Assembly (NCBI GenBank): GCA_035629175.1
Contig: DASPIL010000073.1
Coordinates: 3,575-67,574 of the forward strand
Length of the DNA: 64,000 nucleotides
Direction of reading: 5' to 3'
DNA from: Verrucomicrobiia bacterium
GTDB lineage: Bacteria > Verrucomicrobiota > Verrucomicrobiia > Limisphaerales > DASXHY01
A program made the translations under genes and the position numbers. This document shows, piece after piece, positions 51,042 through 62,448 of this stretch. Below the pieces are notes generated by a model. The model searched no databases. It was not told the origin of the DNA and saw only the letters and a list, made by a program, of their open reading frames with translations. Numbering within the stretch: the first letter of the stretch is position 1; each line of letters starts with the position of its first letter.

Positions 51042-52706
51042 ATGACAAAACATAAAAGATTCCTGCTTCTGTGCATCCGGACCGCAGCCGCGTTTTTATT
51101 CGCCGCTGGAACAACCACGGCCTTCGCACAGGGAACCAGCACGAATCTCACTTCTCGTGTGCCGAGGTTTACTTTCGGACAAACACTTGAGGAGCAGAAG
51201 GCTCAACTTAAAACCAACTCACTGTTGCGGCGGTTTGCCGAATCACGGGAAAAGTTGTCCAGTGATCCGCATCGTCCGTTCTATCATTACGTGAACCCCG
51301 AGGCTCGCTTGAACGATCCGAACGGGCTTTCATTTTGGCGGGGCCGCTGGCATCTCTTTTATCAGGCATATCCGCCCGAAGACACCCGCCAGCATTGGGG
51401 CCACGCCGTCAGCGAGGATCTCATTCACTGGCGTGATCTGCCTTACGCCATTTACCCGAACCCGGAAGAGAAATCCTTTTCCGGGGCAATTTTGATTGAA
51501 GAGGATCGCGCGATTGCGATGTACCACGGAACAGCGGTCGGCAACATCGTTGCTGTCTCATCGGATCCATTGCTGTTGAACTGGGAGAAGCTCACAGGAG
51601 CGGCAGTGATACCCCGGAGGAAGCCGGGTGAGCCGGCGCAGCCGTATAATGTGTATGATCCCTGCATTTGGAAAAAGGATGGGATGTATTATTCGATTTC
51701 CGGCAGCACCATGCCCACTGGCCCCGCTCGAAAGCCGCTTCCAGCACAATATCTTTTCCGTTCCATAGACCTTGTAAAATGGGAATACCTGCACCAGTTC
51801 GTGGAGGATGATCGCTTCACCATGGTGGGCGATGACGGAGCGTGTCCCTATTTCTGGCCGATTGGGGACCGTCATATCTTACTTTTCTTCAGTCACATGA
51901 GCGGCGGCCAATATCTTATCGGTGATTACGACAAGCAACGAGACAAGTTTATTGCGACGTCTCATGCGAAATTCAATTTTGGTCCCTCCACACCTGGCGG
52001 AGTCCACGCGCCCTCTGCGTTTCCGGACGGCAAAGGAGGCGTGATCACGATCTTCAACGTCAATCCCGCGAAATCCACGCCGGGCTGGAATCAGCTGATG
52101 ACGCTGCCCCGACGGTTGACGCTCGCCTCAAAGGACGTCTTGGAGGTCGAGCCGGCCGGCGACATTGAATCGCTTCGCTACGGTCATCGCCGCGTGGAGA
52201 ATGTTTCTCTGCCGGCAAATCAGGAGATTGTTCTCACAAATATCCACGGCAATGCCGCGGAATACATTCTTGAGATCGAGCCCAGTCATGCACCGTTGGT
52301 TGAGTTGAATGTGTTGAGATCACCTGGCAAGGAAGAGTACACGCGGATCGCGTTTTTCCGGAATCGTGGTTACGTCATCAGCCGGGCTCGAACTGGGGAT
52401 TCGTTCCAAAGCTCGGTCAGCCTTGATACTTCGTATTCATCCGAACTCGACTCAGCCACATCGCGCGCTCCCGAAACCGCGCAGATTGCCATTGCACGCG
52501 ATGAGCCGCTAAAGCTCCGCGTGTTCGTCGACAAGAGCATCGTCGAAGTTTTCATCAATGGTAAGCAGTGCGTTGCCGCCCGGGTGTATCCCGGGCGTTC
52601 TGACAGTGTCGGCGTGTCGCTGCGAAGCCAGGGTCGGAATTCGATGCTCAAATCGTTTGACGCCTGGCAGATGAAGTCGATCTATGAAACGGCGAAGAAT
52701 CGGTGA
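51042..52706 (+). CDS. GH32 family protein with atypical RDP/EC blocks
   Basis: HRPFYHYVNPEARLNDPNGLSFWRGRWHLFYQ is canonical. YDPCIW stands where RDP is expected, and GACPYFW stands where ECP is expected. Confidence 0.75.
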   Translation: MTKHKRFLLLCIRTAAAFLFAAGTTTAFAQGTSTNLTSRVPRFTFGQTLEEQKAQLKTNSLLRRFAESREKLSSDPHRPFYHYVNPEARLNDPNGLSFWRGRWHLFYQAYPPEDTRQHWGHAVSEDLIHWRDLPYAIYPNPEEKSFSGAILIEEDRAIAMYHGTAVGNIVAVSSDPLLLNWEKLTGAAVIPRRKPGEPAQPYNVYDPCIWKKDGMYYSISGSTMPTGPARKPLPAQYLFRSIDLVKWEYLHQFVEDDRFTMVGDDGACPYFWPIGDRHILLFFSHMSGGQYLIGDYDKQRDKFIATSHAKFNFGPSTPGGVHAPSAFPDGKGGVITIFNVNPAKSTPGWNQLMTLPRRLTLASKDVLEVEPAGDIESLRYGHRRVENVSLPANQEIVLTNIHGNAAEYILEIEPSHAPLVELNVLRSPGKEEYTRIAFFRNRGYVISRARTGDSFQSSVSLDTSYSSELDSATSRAPETAQIAIARDEPLKLRVFVDKSIVEVFINGKQCVAARVYPGRSDSVGVSLRSQGRNSMLKSFDAWQMKSIYETAKNR

Positions 52707-52945
52707 ACTTTGGATGCTGTCCCGGACGCGCTGGATCGCGTGACCGCCGGTGCTGCGACTGAGGCCGTGAATTCGTCTGCCGCGCTGCACAAACGCGACT
52801 GTCGGCCAGAAACAGTTCGTTTTGAATCTGGTTACTTTAATATTCCTTTTTCACCTCGCGATTCTCCGCTTTTTTTGTCAAGCGTCATCGTTTTGACCGG
52901 CCTTTATTCTTGTATTTAAAACGGCGTGCGATAGATATACCGCAC

Positions 52946-53674
52946 ATGCAAGATAGCTTCCAGACTCTCAAGGCTCAGGTTTACCAAACCTTGCGGCGCG
53001 AGATTCTGTCCGGCACCACTCCCCCCGGCACCCGGCTCGTGAGACGAACCTTGAGCCTTCGCTTGGGCGTCAGTCCCATTCCAGTCATCGAGGCCCTGCA
53101 TCAGCTGGAAAAGGACGGATTGGTGGAGAGTCAACCCATGTACGGTCATCGGGTCCGGGCTTTGAGTGTGGATGCCGCCCGGAATGATCATGTTTTGCGC
53201 GAAGCGATTGAATGTCAGGCAGCGCGCTTATGTGCCCAGAATGCTTCCGACAAACAGCTCGAGACGTTGGAACGACAGGCGGTGGAATTGGATAAAATTC
53301 TGAAGGGCGATCCGGAGGGTGCCACTCCCGCCGAAGAACACCTTGAATTTCATTTAGGCGTGGCGCGAGCGACGGGCTATAGCGGGTTGGTGGACGCACT
53401 GCAGAACCTATGGTTTCGGCGCTTGATGGTTTTCAACACGGTCAATGCAGCCGCATTGGGGATTCCGCGAAACTGGCACGGCCAGTTGGTCAAGGCATTG
53501 GCCACTCGCGACCCCGATGTCGCAGAGCGAGCCATGCGGGAGCATGTGCAGTTCAACGTTGCGCAACAGATGAAGATGCTGGAATCGAGCCGTGTAACTG
53601 AGCCGGTCAAAGACACTGCTTCCCCCTCCAAGAACGGCAGCAAAAAATCCGTTCGAAAGACTTCCAAGGTCTAG
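52946..53674 (+). CDS. GntR-family transcriptional regulator (FadR/FCD-type C-terminal domain)
   Basis: Winged HTH: LKAQVYQTLRREILSGTTPPGTRLVRRTLSLRLGVSPIPVIEALHQLEKDGLVE. The C-terminal half is helical. The track start at 52910 is trimmed to the ATG at 52946. Confidence 0.8.
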   Translation: MQDSFQTLKAQVYQTLRREILSGTTPPGTRLVRRTLSLRLGVSPIPVIEALHQLEKDGLVESQPMYGHRVRALSVDAARNDHVLREAIECQAARLCAQNASDKQLETLERQAVELDKILKGDPEGATPAEEHLEFHLGVARATGYSGLVDALQNLWFRRLMVFNTVNAAALGIPRNWHGQLVKALATRDPDVAERAMREHVQFNVAQQMKMLESSRVTEPVKDTASPSKNGSKKSVRKTSKV

Positions 53675-53808
53675 CCCGCCTCCTGGCGTTCAGTCTCCCG
53701 TTTCCTTCTAGACTCATAGTACGAAACTGAAGATGCCGGGGAGGCCATTCCGGTCAAAGCCCCCGACATTTGATCATTCGCCTTGCCTTTGAGGGCATCT
53801 GGTATTAA

Positions 53809-53818
53809 CGATATATCA
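53809..53818 (+). promoter_or_regulatory. YGATATATCA box, copy f (CGATATATCA)
   Basis: Lies 112 nt upstream of the ATG at 53930 of the 1822-aa gene and is preceded by TATTAA. Confidence 0.5.
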
Positions 53819-53929
53819 GATATTGGTTTGGCTATTGGGGTAGCCTGCATCGTCGAGAATCGTTCTCAGCGTGAATGAGATGATCGCGGAACCAACCTGT
53901 CATACCGTGAAAACAATGAGAGCCACAGA

Positions 53930-56900
53930 ATGAAGCACTCGGAAATTCAACAAATATTCGCTGATCTGCGTTACCGCGTGTTGTCGGCCCTGATTTGGGT
54001 TTCTCTGATGTGGTTCGATTTGCCCGCTCAAGGGGCTAGCTATTACGTTGACGCGACGAATGGCTCCGACAGTAATCCCGGCACAATCTCGGCGCCGTAT
54101 CAGACGTTGTTTCGCGGCACGCTGCTTCTTTCTCCGGGGGATACTCTTTACATTCGAGGCGGCGTATACCGGGAAATACTTCAGCCCACACGATCTGGAA
54201 CCGCGGCTTTACCGATTGTTATAACTGCATATTCGAACGAAGTGGTGACGGTGACTGGAGCGGATGTAGTGACCAACTGGACATCGTATTCCAACGGCAT
54301 TTACCAGGCGACGGTTGATTGGGATTTGGGTGAAGCTCGCAACCAGGTGCTCGTGGATGGCGAGATGATGCACCAGGCGCGATTCCCGAATTTTGGTGAC
54401 GGCGATCTGCTTCATCCGGCAGTGACGACGGCGACGATTGGATCACCGAACAACGTCGTAACATCCCCGGATTGGGCGGGTAAGCCAGCAAACTTCTGGG
54501 CGGGTGCCCGAATGCTGGGCGGCTTTGGCAGCGCATGGGCGCATCAGACCGCCATTGTCGGAAGTTCCTCCGGAAACAGCCTGACTATGTCCAATGGAAC
54601 CATGAGTGGCCAGTGGTTCACCGGCAGCGGACCTGCTTACCTGTTCGGATTGATGAGCCTGCTCGATTCCGACAAGGAATGGCATCTGGATCCGGTGGCT
54701 GACATTCTCTACCTGCGAATTCCGAACGGTCAGGATCCCAACTTGCATCTAGTGGAAGTGAAGCGCCGGGTTTGGACGGTGAGCTTTGCCAACGTGAATT
54801 ACGTGAAGGTGCAGGGTTTAAGGTTGCGCGTCGGCGGCGTGCAGATGGCGCGGGGATACGGTCTCGCGCTCATTGATTGCGACGCACGGTTTCTGAGCCA
54901 CTACCTCAAGTTTTCCGTCGGCGATGCCGGAGACATCCAGAACGCATGGGACCGTGGAATTTACATCGCCAGCACCAATAGTGTGCTGGAGCGTTGCACG
55001 ATCTACGACACCGCGAGTTCGGGGGTCTATATTCAGGGCATGAGCAATGTGCTGACAAGGAACTTCATCTACAACGTCAGCTACACCGGCGTCAACGGCG
55101 CGGGTATGAACATCCGTGGTCGACGCCATCTGATTACCTTCAACACCATCAGCAATGCCGGGTGGGCTGGATTCGCTCCCGCCAACGATAGCCAGACCGG
55201 ACACAAGATCCTGTACAACGATGTGACGCGAGTAGCGGAAGTCACGAAGGATACCGGCGTCTTTTATGCGGCATCCGGCAGCAATACCGAACGAACGCGG
55301 CTGGCTTACAACTGGTTTCATGACGTGTTTCCCTGGCGGCAATCCGGAGTGCTCATTTACCTCGATGGGACGTGTGTAAACAACGATATCGACCATAACG
55401 TGTTGTGGAACGAGATCGGTCGTGATGCCATTCAAGTGGCTTCAAATTCGAAGAACGACAACTTTTTCAATAACACCATTTTCAATGCCCGGCCTCTCGC
55501 AATTGGATCTCCGCTCATTGTGCTCAGCAATAATCTTTATCTCGCGTGGGCGCCCGAAGCGCAATTGATGGATTGGCAGAATCACGATTTTCGATTGAAA
55601 CCTGGGGCGACCTCAATTGATGCAGGCATTGTGATCCCGGGATATTCCGACGGCTACAAGGGCGCGAAACCGGATCTTGGAGCTTACGAAACCGGCGGAC
55701 CTTACTGGGTTCCCGGTATCCACGGTTGGAGTCTCGAACAGCCAGGAATCCGCACTGATCGTGCCCGGAGCTGGAGCGGGACTGATGCAAGCGTGCAGGG
55801 AACGTTGATCTCCGCCGGCACAGCTCCAACGACGGTGAATTTGTATTGGGGCGAAGCGGACGGCGGGACCAATGTTGCGGCCTGGGCGAATGTTGCCACC
55901 GTCGGAGTTTTCGCGACGAACCCGGCGGTGCTGGTGGAATCCATCAACGGGCTCGTTCCCGGAAGTGATTACTCATATCGATTCTACGCATCGAACGCAC
56001 ATGGCCATTATTGGGGTCATACGCGAAATTTTAAAGCCGGGGGTGGCGCTTGGATTTCGGATGCCAATTCGGCGTGGGGCGATAGCACGCGTTGGGAGAG
56101 CGGTTCAATACCTAATGGCACTGGCACCTTCGCCGATTTCAGCACCATTGATATCACAGCGGACCGCGTCATCGATCTTGAACTCTCCAGAACGGTCGGC
56201 GGAATTGGTTTCAACGATTTGATTCCCGGCCATTCCTGGACGGTTTCAGGGGGCGAAACCCTCTATCTTTCAACGCGCAATCCTATGCAGCCTCCGGTGA
56301 TTGAAGTGCAAAACACCTCGGTTTACTTCGGCGCGCCGCTGGGGGGTGATGACGGTCTTGAAAAGATTGGGTCTGGTTCACTGTCGTTGGCCGCGGGGAA
56401 TGGTTACGAGGGCCCGACGCTAGTCAGAGGCGGAAGTCTGCTTGTGAATGGTTCCATCAGCAACAGCCCAGTCCGTGTGGCTGCAAAGGCGGTACTCGGC
56501 GGCGCCGGATGGATCGCCGGCGTGGTCACTGCTGACGACGGGAGCGTCCTGTCACCGGGAACAAACGGGATTGGTTCTGCAGGTACCTTGACGGTGAACC
56601 ACCTTGCCTTGGACGGCGCGACGCTTCTATACAACCTGGCGAGCAGAACCAACGCCGGGGCAGGAGTGAACGATTTGATACGACTTCAATCCGGTGGAGT
56701 GTTGACATTGACTCCAACCAACGGGGGCATCGTTCGTCCGGTAACATTCCTGGCTCATATGTTGAACGGTTACCTCACGAATCGCACTTACATGGTGATC
56801 AGCAATGCTTCATCAATCGTCGGTGACGTTTCTACCCTGTTTTCAGCGCCGGGATTGTCGGCGCGCTTTTACACCAACAGCGGCGCGGGCCCCTATCACG

Positions 56901-59398
56901 TGTTCATGGCTGTTTCGAATGTCGTGGGGCGCGACCTTGTCTGGCGGGGAACAGCGGGCTCCGCCTGGAACATTGGCGTCACTTCAAACTGGCTGGAAAG
57001 CATCTCGGAATCAGCCAGCGCCTTCAATCAGAAGGACCGCGTCCTGTTTGATGACGGCGCTTCAAACTTTGTCGTCAACGTCGTGGGAACTCTTTCGCCT
57101 CTATCTGTCACCGTTGAGAATTCAATTTCCAACTACATTATTGGCGGAGGTGGAAAAATCACTGGCGCCGGTTCCTTCACAAAGTCGGGAACCGGCACGT
57201 TGACCTTGAATCTCGCCACTGATTATACCGGAGCGACACGCATTGAAAATGGAACGGTGATTGCCGGAACCCATAACGTGTTCCCGCCGAACACGGCGTT
57301 GTTCCTCGGACAAAGCGATTCCAACCGGCACTCCGTGGCGGCCTTGGATCTGACTTCAGCGAGCCAGACCGTCGGCTCTCTCGGAATCGCTTCGCTGCGT
57401 TTGACGGCCATGGTCAATACCAGCCCGGATTATGTGGATTCAACGCGCATAACAAATCAGATCGTGATCGGAGCAGGGCGCACTCTGACAGTGAATGGAA
57501 GTGTGGTGATCGGAGACTCGGCTTTGCCACATTACCTGGCCAGCTTCACATCGATTCGGGGGGCAGGTGCGTTTAACGTGCAGACAGCCGGCGGCGTGTT
57601 TCAGGTTAATGGGAACGATTATCCCGGCAGCGCCGGCGCAACGCGCACTTACCTCGACATGTCCGGCCTGGCCACCGCTAACATCAACCTTGGGAATGGC
57701 ACGTTTTATCTTGGCGATCGGTCGACTGCTGGCGACGGCAACAGCGCCACCGTATTGACCCTCGCGAGCAATACGACCATCACCGCGGGAATCTTCAACA
57801 TCGGGAACAGCCAGCGCGCGAAGCCGCATCTATTGAAACTCGGCAGCGGCAGCAATGTTTTTAACGTGGATACGCTGCAGTTGGGTGTGACCCGCGACTC
57901 AGGCCAGGTCTCGTTCAATACGGCGGGCGGAACGTTCACATTGCGCGCCGCAAACGGCAGCGGTAGGGCAGCGCTCACGGTTGGTCCCAACGTCGGTACT
58001 ACTTATGGCGCATCAAATCAGTTTATGAACTTGAAGGATCATCATGTGGATCTCCTGCTGAGCACACTACGTGTGGGTGAAGACAACCGCGGCAGCAGTG
58101 GCAGTTCCTATTCATCGAATTACTTTGGATTTTCCAGCGGCGTCCTTGACACAACAGCTTTGAGAGTGGGCAATCGTTCTGGGAACCCAAACAGCACTCC
58201 GGCTCGATGGTTCAATGTATTGGACATCGACGGCGGCACTGTGAGTATTGGCTCCAGCGGGATTGTCATGGGCACCGGCTTCGGTTCCAACGGTCCTCTT
58301 TCGACCAATGCCGCAGCGTTGAACATCACCGGCGGCACTGTCTCGGTGGGGAATGATATTGTGCTGGCGACGCAAAATTCTGCCGCCGGTCATAACACCC
58401 TGGTCAGCACCCTCAACGTATCCGGAGGAACGCTCGTCGTGAATGGAGACATCCTCTGCGGCATCGGCGCGGCGAACCCTGCTCCGCGTTTAGCCAGTCT
58501 GAATCTTAATCATCCCGATTCGGTTCTAAACCTCACCGGGCACGCGATTGGGGGCACGGACAACATCAGCAGCAATGCCATTCGCCTGATCGATCAATTG
58601 TATTTTCAGTCCGGCACGCTGCAGAACGTCGGACAGATCAATGGCGGCGCCGAGCTCGTGAAACAGGGCGCGGGCAGGCTCACCATTGCCGGGAACAATT
58701 CCTACACAGGTGAAACCGTTGTCAGCAACGGAACCTTAAACGTGTCGGGAATCATCGGAGCTTCAAGTGCGGTGAGGGCGTTGACCGATTCGTCCCTGAC
58801 CGGCGATGGGTTGATCCAGAGCCCGGTCACGATCAACGGAACGTTATCTCCGGGCAGTTCAGTGGGAGCTCTGAGAATCAATAATTTACTCACACTTGGC
58901 GCGGGCAGCACGACCTTGATGGAACTGGACTCCGCCGCCAACACCAACGATTCAATTCGCGCTCTTACGCAGGTCTCGTATGGCGGAACGTTGATTGTGA
59001 CGAACCTGAGTGGGGAGTTGACTGACGGAAAGGTATTCATGCTGTTTGAAGCGGCGGCCCGCAGCGGAGCATTTGATGCAATCAATCTGCCGGTGCTTCC
59101 GGAGGGTTTGATCTGGACGAACAGACTTTTCGTGGACGGGAGTATCGCGATTACACGTTTACCCCTGTTGCGGCCATTCATATCCGGATCGCGTTTATTG
59201 GGGACCAATTTGGAAATCACCGGAACGGGTGGGACCCCCAATGGTTCCTATCGAGTAATCTCGTCGACGAACCTGGCTCTGCCTCTGATCTTTTGGACGC
59301 CCGTGATCGAGAGTCGTTTCACTCCAGGTGGAGACTTTTCAAATTCAATTCCCCTGAACCCAAGTTCGCCCTCAATGTTTCTCCAGCTTGATCAATGA
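53930..59398 (+). CDS. Giant secreted protein: N-terminal right-handed parallel beta-helix (pectate-lyase-fold) domain plus multiple PATR repeats
   Basis: Signal-like N-terminus. [26 protein letters not shown]...[13 protein letters not shown] is the typical beta-helix cap, followed by PbH1-like repeats. Three clear PATR units are present ([78 protein letters not shown]). Confidence 0.85.
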   Translation: MKHSEIQQIFADLRYRVLSALIWVSLMWFDLPAQGASYYVDATNGSDSNPGTISAPYQTLFRGTLLLSPGDTLYIRGGVYREILQPTRSGTAALPIVITAYSNEVVTVTGADVVTNWTSYSNGIYQATVDWDLGEARNQVLVDGEMMHQARFPNFGDGDLLHPAVTTATIGSPNNVVTSPDWAGKPANFWAGARMLGGFGSAWAHQTAIVGSSSGNSLTMSNGTMSGQWFTGSGPAYLFGLMSLLDSDKEWHLDPVADILYLRIPNGQDPNLHLVEVKRRVWTVSFANVNYVKVQGLRLRVGGVQMARGYGLALIDCDARFLSHYLKFSVGDAGDIQNAWDRGIYIASTNSVLERCTIYDTASSGVYIQGMSNVLTRNFIYNVSYTGVNGAGMNIRGRRHLITFNTISNAGWAGFAPANDSQTGHKILYNDVTRVAEVTKDTGVFYAASGSNTERTRLAYNWFHDVFPWRQSGVLIYLDGTCVNNDIDHNVLWNEIGRDAIQVASNSKNDNFFNNTIFNARPLAIGSPLIVLSNNLYLAWAPEAQLMDWQNHDFRLKPGATSIDAGIVIPGYSDGYKGAKPDLGAYETGGPYWVPGIHGWSLEQPGIRTDRARSWSGTDASVQGTLISAGTAPTTVNLYWGEADGGTNVAAWANVATVGVFATNPAVLVESINGLVPGSDYSYRFYASNAHGHYWGHTRNFKAGGGAWISDANSAWGDSTRWESGSIPNGTGTFADFSTIDITADRVIDLELSRTVGGIGFNDLIPGHSWTVSGGETLYLSTRNPMQPPVIEVQNTSVYFGAPLGGDDGLEKIGSGSLSLAAGNGYEGPTLVRGGSLLVNGSISNSPVRVAAKAVLGGAGWIAGVVTADDGSVLSPGTNGIGSAGTLTVNHLALDGATLLYNLASRTNAGAGVNDLIRLQSGGVLTLTPTNGGIVRPVTFLAHMLNGYLTNRTYMVISNASSIVGDVSTLFSAPGLSARFYTNSGAGPYHVFMAVSNVVGRDLVWRGTAGSAWNIGVTSNWLESISESASAFNQKDRVLFDDGASNFVVNVVGTLSPLSVTVENSISNYIIGGGGKITGAGSFTKSGTGTLTLNLATDYTGATRIENGTVIAGTHNVFPPNTALFLGQSDSNRHSVAALDLTSASQTVGSLGIASLRLTAMVNTSPDYVDSTRITNQIVIGAGRTLTVNGSVVIGDSALPHYLASFTSIRGAGAFNVQTAGGVFQVNGNDYPGSAGATRTYLDMSGLATANINLGNGTFYLGDRSTAGDGNSATVLTLASNTTITAGIFNIGNSQRAKPHLLKLGSGSNVFNVDTLQLGVTRDSGQVSFNTAGGTFTLRAANGSGRAALTVGPNVGTTYGASNQFMNLKDHHVDLLLSTLRVGEDNRGSSGSSYSSNYFGFSSGVLDTTALRVGNRSGNPNSTPARWFNVLDIDGGTVSIGSSGIVMGTGFGSNGPLSTNAAALNITGGTVSVGNDIVLATQNSAAGHNTLVSTLNVSGGTLVVNGDILCGIGAANPAPRLASLNLNHPDSVLNLTGHAIGGTDNISSNAIRLIDQLYFQSGTLQNVGQINGGAELVKQGAGRLTIAGNNSYTGETVVSNGTLNVSGIIGASSAVRALTDSSLTGDGLIQSPVTINGTLSPGSSVGALRINNLLTLGAGSTTLMELDSAANTNDSIRALTQVSYGGTLIVTNLSGELTDGKVFMLFEAAARSGAFDAINLPVLPEGLIWTNRLFVDGSIAITRLPLLRPFISGSRLLGTNLEITGTGGTPNGSYRVISSTNLALPLIFWTPVIESRFTPGGDFSNSIPLNPSSPSMFLQLDQ

Positions 59399-60510
59399 AG
59401 TTAGTAACTGATTCGACCCCCGATAAGGAACAAGGGAATCCTCTGAGCTTGTACTCCGCAACGATGACCGCGTCCGAACCGAGAGTTCTCGGAAAAACAG
59501 GATTGCGTCTTCCGCGTATTGTTTTTGGTACCAGCTGCCTGGGAAATCTCTTTCAAGTGATCCAGGATGATACCAGACATGCGATTGTCAGTGAGGTGGT
59601 CCGGCACTCCATCCCTGCCGTTTTTGACTCCGCTGGAAAGTATGGCGCCGGTCTCGCCCTTGAAGTGCTCGGAGATTCGCTGAGAAAGTTGCACGTTCCC
59701 CCAGCACGGGTGCTGATCAGCAACAAGCTTGGCTGGTACCGCGTTCCACTTAGAGAAGGGCAGCCCACCTTTGAACCAGGCGTGTGGGCGGACCTCAGGC
59801 ACGACGCCGAACTGCGGATCAGCTATGAAGGTATCATTCAATGCTTTGAACAGGGGTGTGCGCTAATCGGACCCGGCTACACATCCCGGATGGTTTCAGT
59901 TCACGATCCAGATCAGTTTCTCGACGGCGCAAAGACCCCTTGGGAACGAACCCAACGATTCAAAAGTCTGGTTGATGCGTATCGCGCACTATTCGAGTTG
60001 AAGGCAAAGGGAAATGTCGATGCCGTCGGTATTGGTTCCAAAAACTGGCGCGTCATTCGCGAGGTATCCGAACGGGTAGATCTCGATTGGGTGATGCTGG
60101 CTTGCAGCCTCACTCTTTTTTCGCACCCCCGCGAGCTGTTGGATTTTGTGTCACACCTCCATTCGCGAGGAGTAGGAGTTATCAACTCAGCGGTATTCCA
60201 CAGTGGATTCTTAACCGGCGGTGCGTGGTTCGATTATCGCAAACCCAGCCTTCATGACGACTCCCACTTATATGTTTGGCGTGACAGTTTTTTCCGGGTT
60301 TGCAGAAGGTTTGGCGTTCGCCCCGCAGATGCGTGTGTGCAATTTGGCTTGGCACTGCCGGGTGTAATTGCAGTGGCCCTCAACACCGGAAAGCCGGAGC
60401 GCATTAAAGATAATATTCAAACGGCCACACAGGAGATTCCTTCCCGCTTCTGGCGGACCTTGAAGGAAGAGGGGTTGGTAGACAGAGATTATCCCTTCGC
60501 TTCGTTTTGA
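59395..60510 (+). CDS. Aldo/keto reductase (candidate L-fucose / D-threo-aldose 1-dehydrogenase)
   Basis: [21 protein letters not shown] and the genomic context. The ATG at 59395 overlaps the stop of the giant gene (ATGA). An alternative ATG lies at 59464. Confidence 0.7.
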   Translation: MKLVTDSTPDKEQGNPLSLYSATMTASEPRVLGKTGLRLPRIVFGTSCLGNLFQVIQDDTRHAIVSEVVRHSIPAVFDSAGKYGAGLALEVLGDSLRKLHVPPARVLISNKLGWYRVPLREGQPTFEPGVWADLRHDAELRISYEGIIQCFEQGCALIGPGYTSRMVSVHDPDQFLDGAKTPWERTQRFKSLVDAYRALFELKAKGNVDAVGIGSKNWRVIREVSERVDLDWVMLACSLTLFSHPRELLDFVSHLHSRGVGVINSAVFHSGFLTGGAWFDYRKPSLHDDSHLYVWRDSFFRVCRRFGVRPADACVQFGLALPGVIAVALNTGKPERIKDNIQTATQEIPSRFWRTLKEEGLVDRDYPFASF

Positions 60511-60583
60511 CTTTTAGTGCGATCGAATGAACCAGCCCGTCGAAACTTCCATTCTTCAGCCTCGTATGCAGTGAGTGCCCGAT

Positions 60584-61408
60584 ATGAGGATCGATTCTCA
60601 CCAACATTTCTGGCGGTACAATTCCACCGAATACGAGTGGATAGGGGACGACAAGAAGCCGATCCAACGGGACTTCTTACCGGAGCATCTGCTTGCCGAA
60701 ATTGCGGCCGTGAAATTGGATGGCGTGATTTCGGTCCAGGCGCGGCAAACTCGCGAAGAGACGCAGTGGTTACTCGATCTTGCGACACGGTACCATTTCA
60801 TCAAAGGCGTTGTGGGCTGGGCCGATTTGGTTTCGACCCGGATTGATTCTGAATTGGAGATCATTGCCGCGCATCCCAAGCTGAAAGCGATCCGTCACGT
60901 CGTTCAGTGCGAACCGGAGGGGTTTCTTCTGCGTGCGGATTTCAATCGCGGTATCCGCGAACTTAGGAAGTACGACCTGGTCTACGATATTCTGATCTTC
61001 TCCCGCCACCTTCCAAACGCCATCACGCTTGTCGATGCGCATCCGAATCAAATCTTCGTGCTTAACCACCTGGCTAAGCCCTCTATCGCGAAAAGTGATT
61101 TCGAGCTTTGGGACAAACATCTGCGCGATCTGGCAAAGCGGCCAAACGTGTATTGCAAAGTCTCAGGAATGGTAACCGAAGGAGATTTCGGAGATCAGGC
61201 AGAAATCCAGCTTCGATCTTTTTTCGATGTGGCTGCGGAAGCATTCGGGCCAAAGCGATTGTTGTTTGGATCCGATTGGCCTGTCTGCCTCCTGGCGTGC
61301 AGTTATCCTCGTTGGCACGGGATTGTCTCGAACTGGGTCGATGGGTTCACGAGCACTGAAAAAAGCCGCATTTTTGGCGAGACGGCGACGGAGGTCTACC
61401 GATTATGA
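60584..61408 (+). CDS. Amidohydrolase-2 family lactonase (L-fucono-1,5-lactonase-like)
   Basis: [12 protein letters not shown]...GVISVQAR... and the C-terminal LLFGSDWPV are typical of the COG3618 lactonases. Confidence 0.75.
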   Translation: MRIDSHQHFWRYNSTEYEWIGDDKKPIQRDFLPEHLLAEIAAVKLDGVISVQARQTREETQWLLDLATRYHFIKGVVGWADLVSTRIDSELEIIAAHPKLKAIRHVVQCEPEGFLLRADFNRGIRELRKYDLVYDILIFSRHLPNAITLVDAHPNQIFVLNHLAKPSIAKSDFELWDKHLRDLAKRPNVYCKVSGMVTEGDFGDQAEIQLRSFFDVAAEAFGPKRLLFGSDWPVCLLACSYPRWHGIVSNWVDGFTSTEKSRIFGETATEVYRL

Positions 61409-62424
61409 AGGCCCTCGTGATTTCGGAGCCGGGCAGAACCGGCTATGTGGAGATTCCCCAACCAAAGCTGGCCCGCGGGGAGGTGCTGTTACAGGTTAAG
61501 AGATTGGGCTTTTGTGGATCGGACCTCAATGCCTTCCGTGGTGTCAACCCATTGGTGACCTATCCACGCATTCCAGGCCATGAAGTCGCCGGCCTGATCG
61601 CTGAAGTGGGAACGGAGGTTCCCGCTACATTCAAAGTTGGTCAATCAACTACTGTTTTGCCCTACAGCAGTTGCGGAGCATGCGTTCCGTGCAAAGCCGG
61701 GCGGGTAAACTCCTGCAGGAATAATGAAACCCTCGGCGTCCAAAGAGACGGAGCGTTCACCGAATTTATCGCCGTGCCCTGGCAGAGTTTAGTCGGTTCT
61801 GAGCGGCTTACACTTGCCGAACACGCTCTTGTCGAGCCGTTGAGTGTGGGCTTTCACGCTGTAGAACGCGGATGTGTAAACCGTTGCGATACCGTGACGG
61901 TCTTTGGCTGTGGCATGATCGGTCTTGGCGCCATCAGCGGCGCAGCAGGGGTGGCTGGCGCCCGGGTCATCGCAGTCGATATCGATGACTCCAAACTCGA
62001 ATTGGCCAGAACGGCAGGTGCGGTTGAGACAATCAATTCCCGGATTGAGAATCTGCCGGAAAGGCTTCAGGCGTTAACCGGCCGGGAAGGTCCCAATGTT
62101 GTGATTGAAGCAGTCGGATCGCCCGAAACGTTCCGGGCAGCCGTCGATGAAGTCTCCTTTGCAGGCCGCGTCGTTTATATTGGTTATGCGAAGGAACCTG
62201 TCACCTATCAAACAAAGGCTTTTGTGATGAAGGAACTCGATATTCGGGGTTCTCGAAATGCGACCATCAAGGACTTTGCCGACGTGATCAAAGTTCTCGA
62301 ATCCCAGGGCTATCCTGTAAATGAGACCATCACCCGTTCTGTCCCTTTTGCTGAGGCGGGCGATGCGCTTGCAAAGTGGAGGGACAATCCGAGCCTTGTA
62401 ACGAAGCTTCACGTCGTGTTATAG
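61405..62424 (+). CDS. Zn-dependent medium-chain dehydrogenase
   Basis: [29 protein letters not shown] and GCGMIGLG. There is an ATGA overlap with the lactonase stop. Confidence 0.8.
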   Translation: MKALVISEPGRTGYVEIPQPKLARGEVLLQVKRLGFCGSDLNAFRGVNPLVTYPRIPGHEVAGLIAEVGTEVPATFKVGQSTTVLPYSSCGACVPCKAGRVNSCRNNETLGVQRDGAFTEFIAVPWQSLVGSERLTLAEHALVEPLSVGFHAVERGCVNRCDTVTVFGCGMIGLGAISGAAGVAGARVIAVDIDDSKLELARTAGAVETINSRIENLPERLQALTGREGPNVVIEAVGSPETFRAAVDEVSFAGRVVYIGYAKEPVTYQTKAFVMKELDIRGSRNATIKDFADVIKVLESQGYPVNETITRSVPFAEAGDALAKWRDNPSLVTKLHVVL

Positions 62425-62448
62425 GCCGATTCAAAGAGCGATCTACTT

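Noticed and set aside
52929-52940. CGATAGATATAC just upstream of the GntR gene, considered as a seventh copy of the box (autoregulation).
   Set aside because: It matches the core only loosely (GATAGATATAC versus GATATATCA). I mention it as a possibility but do not count it.
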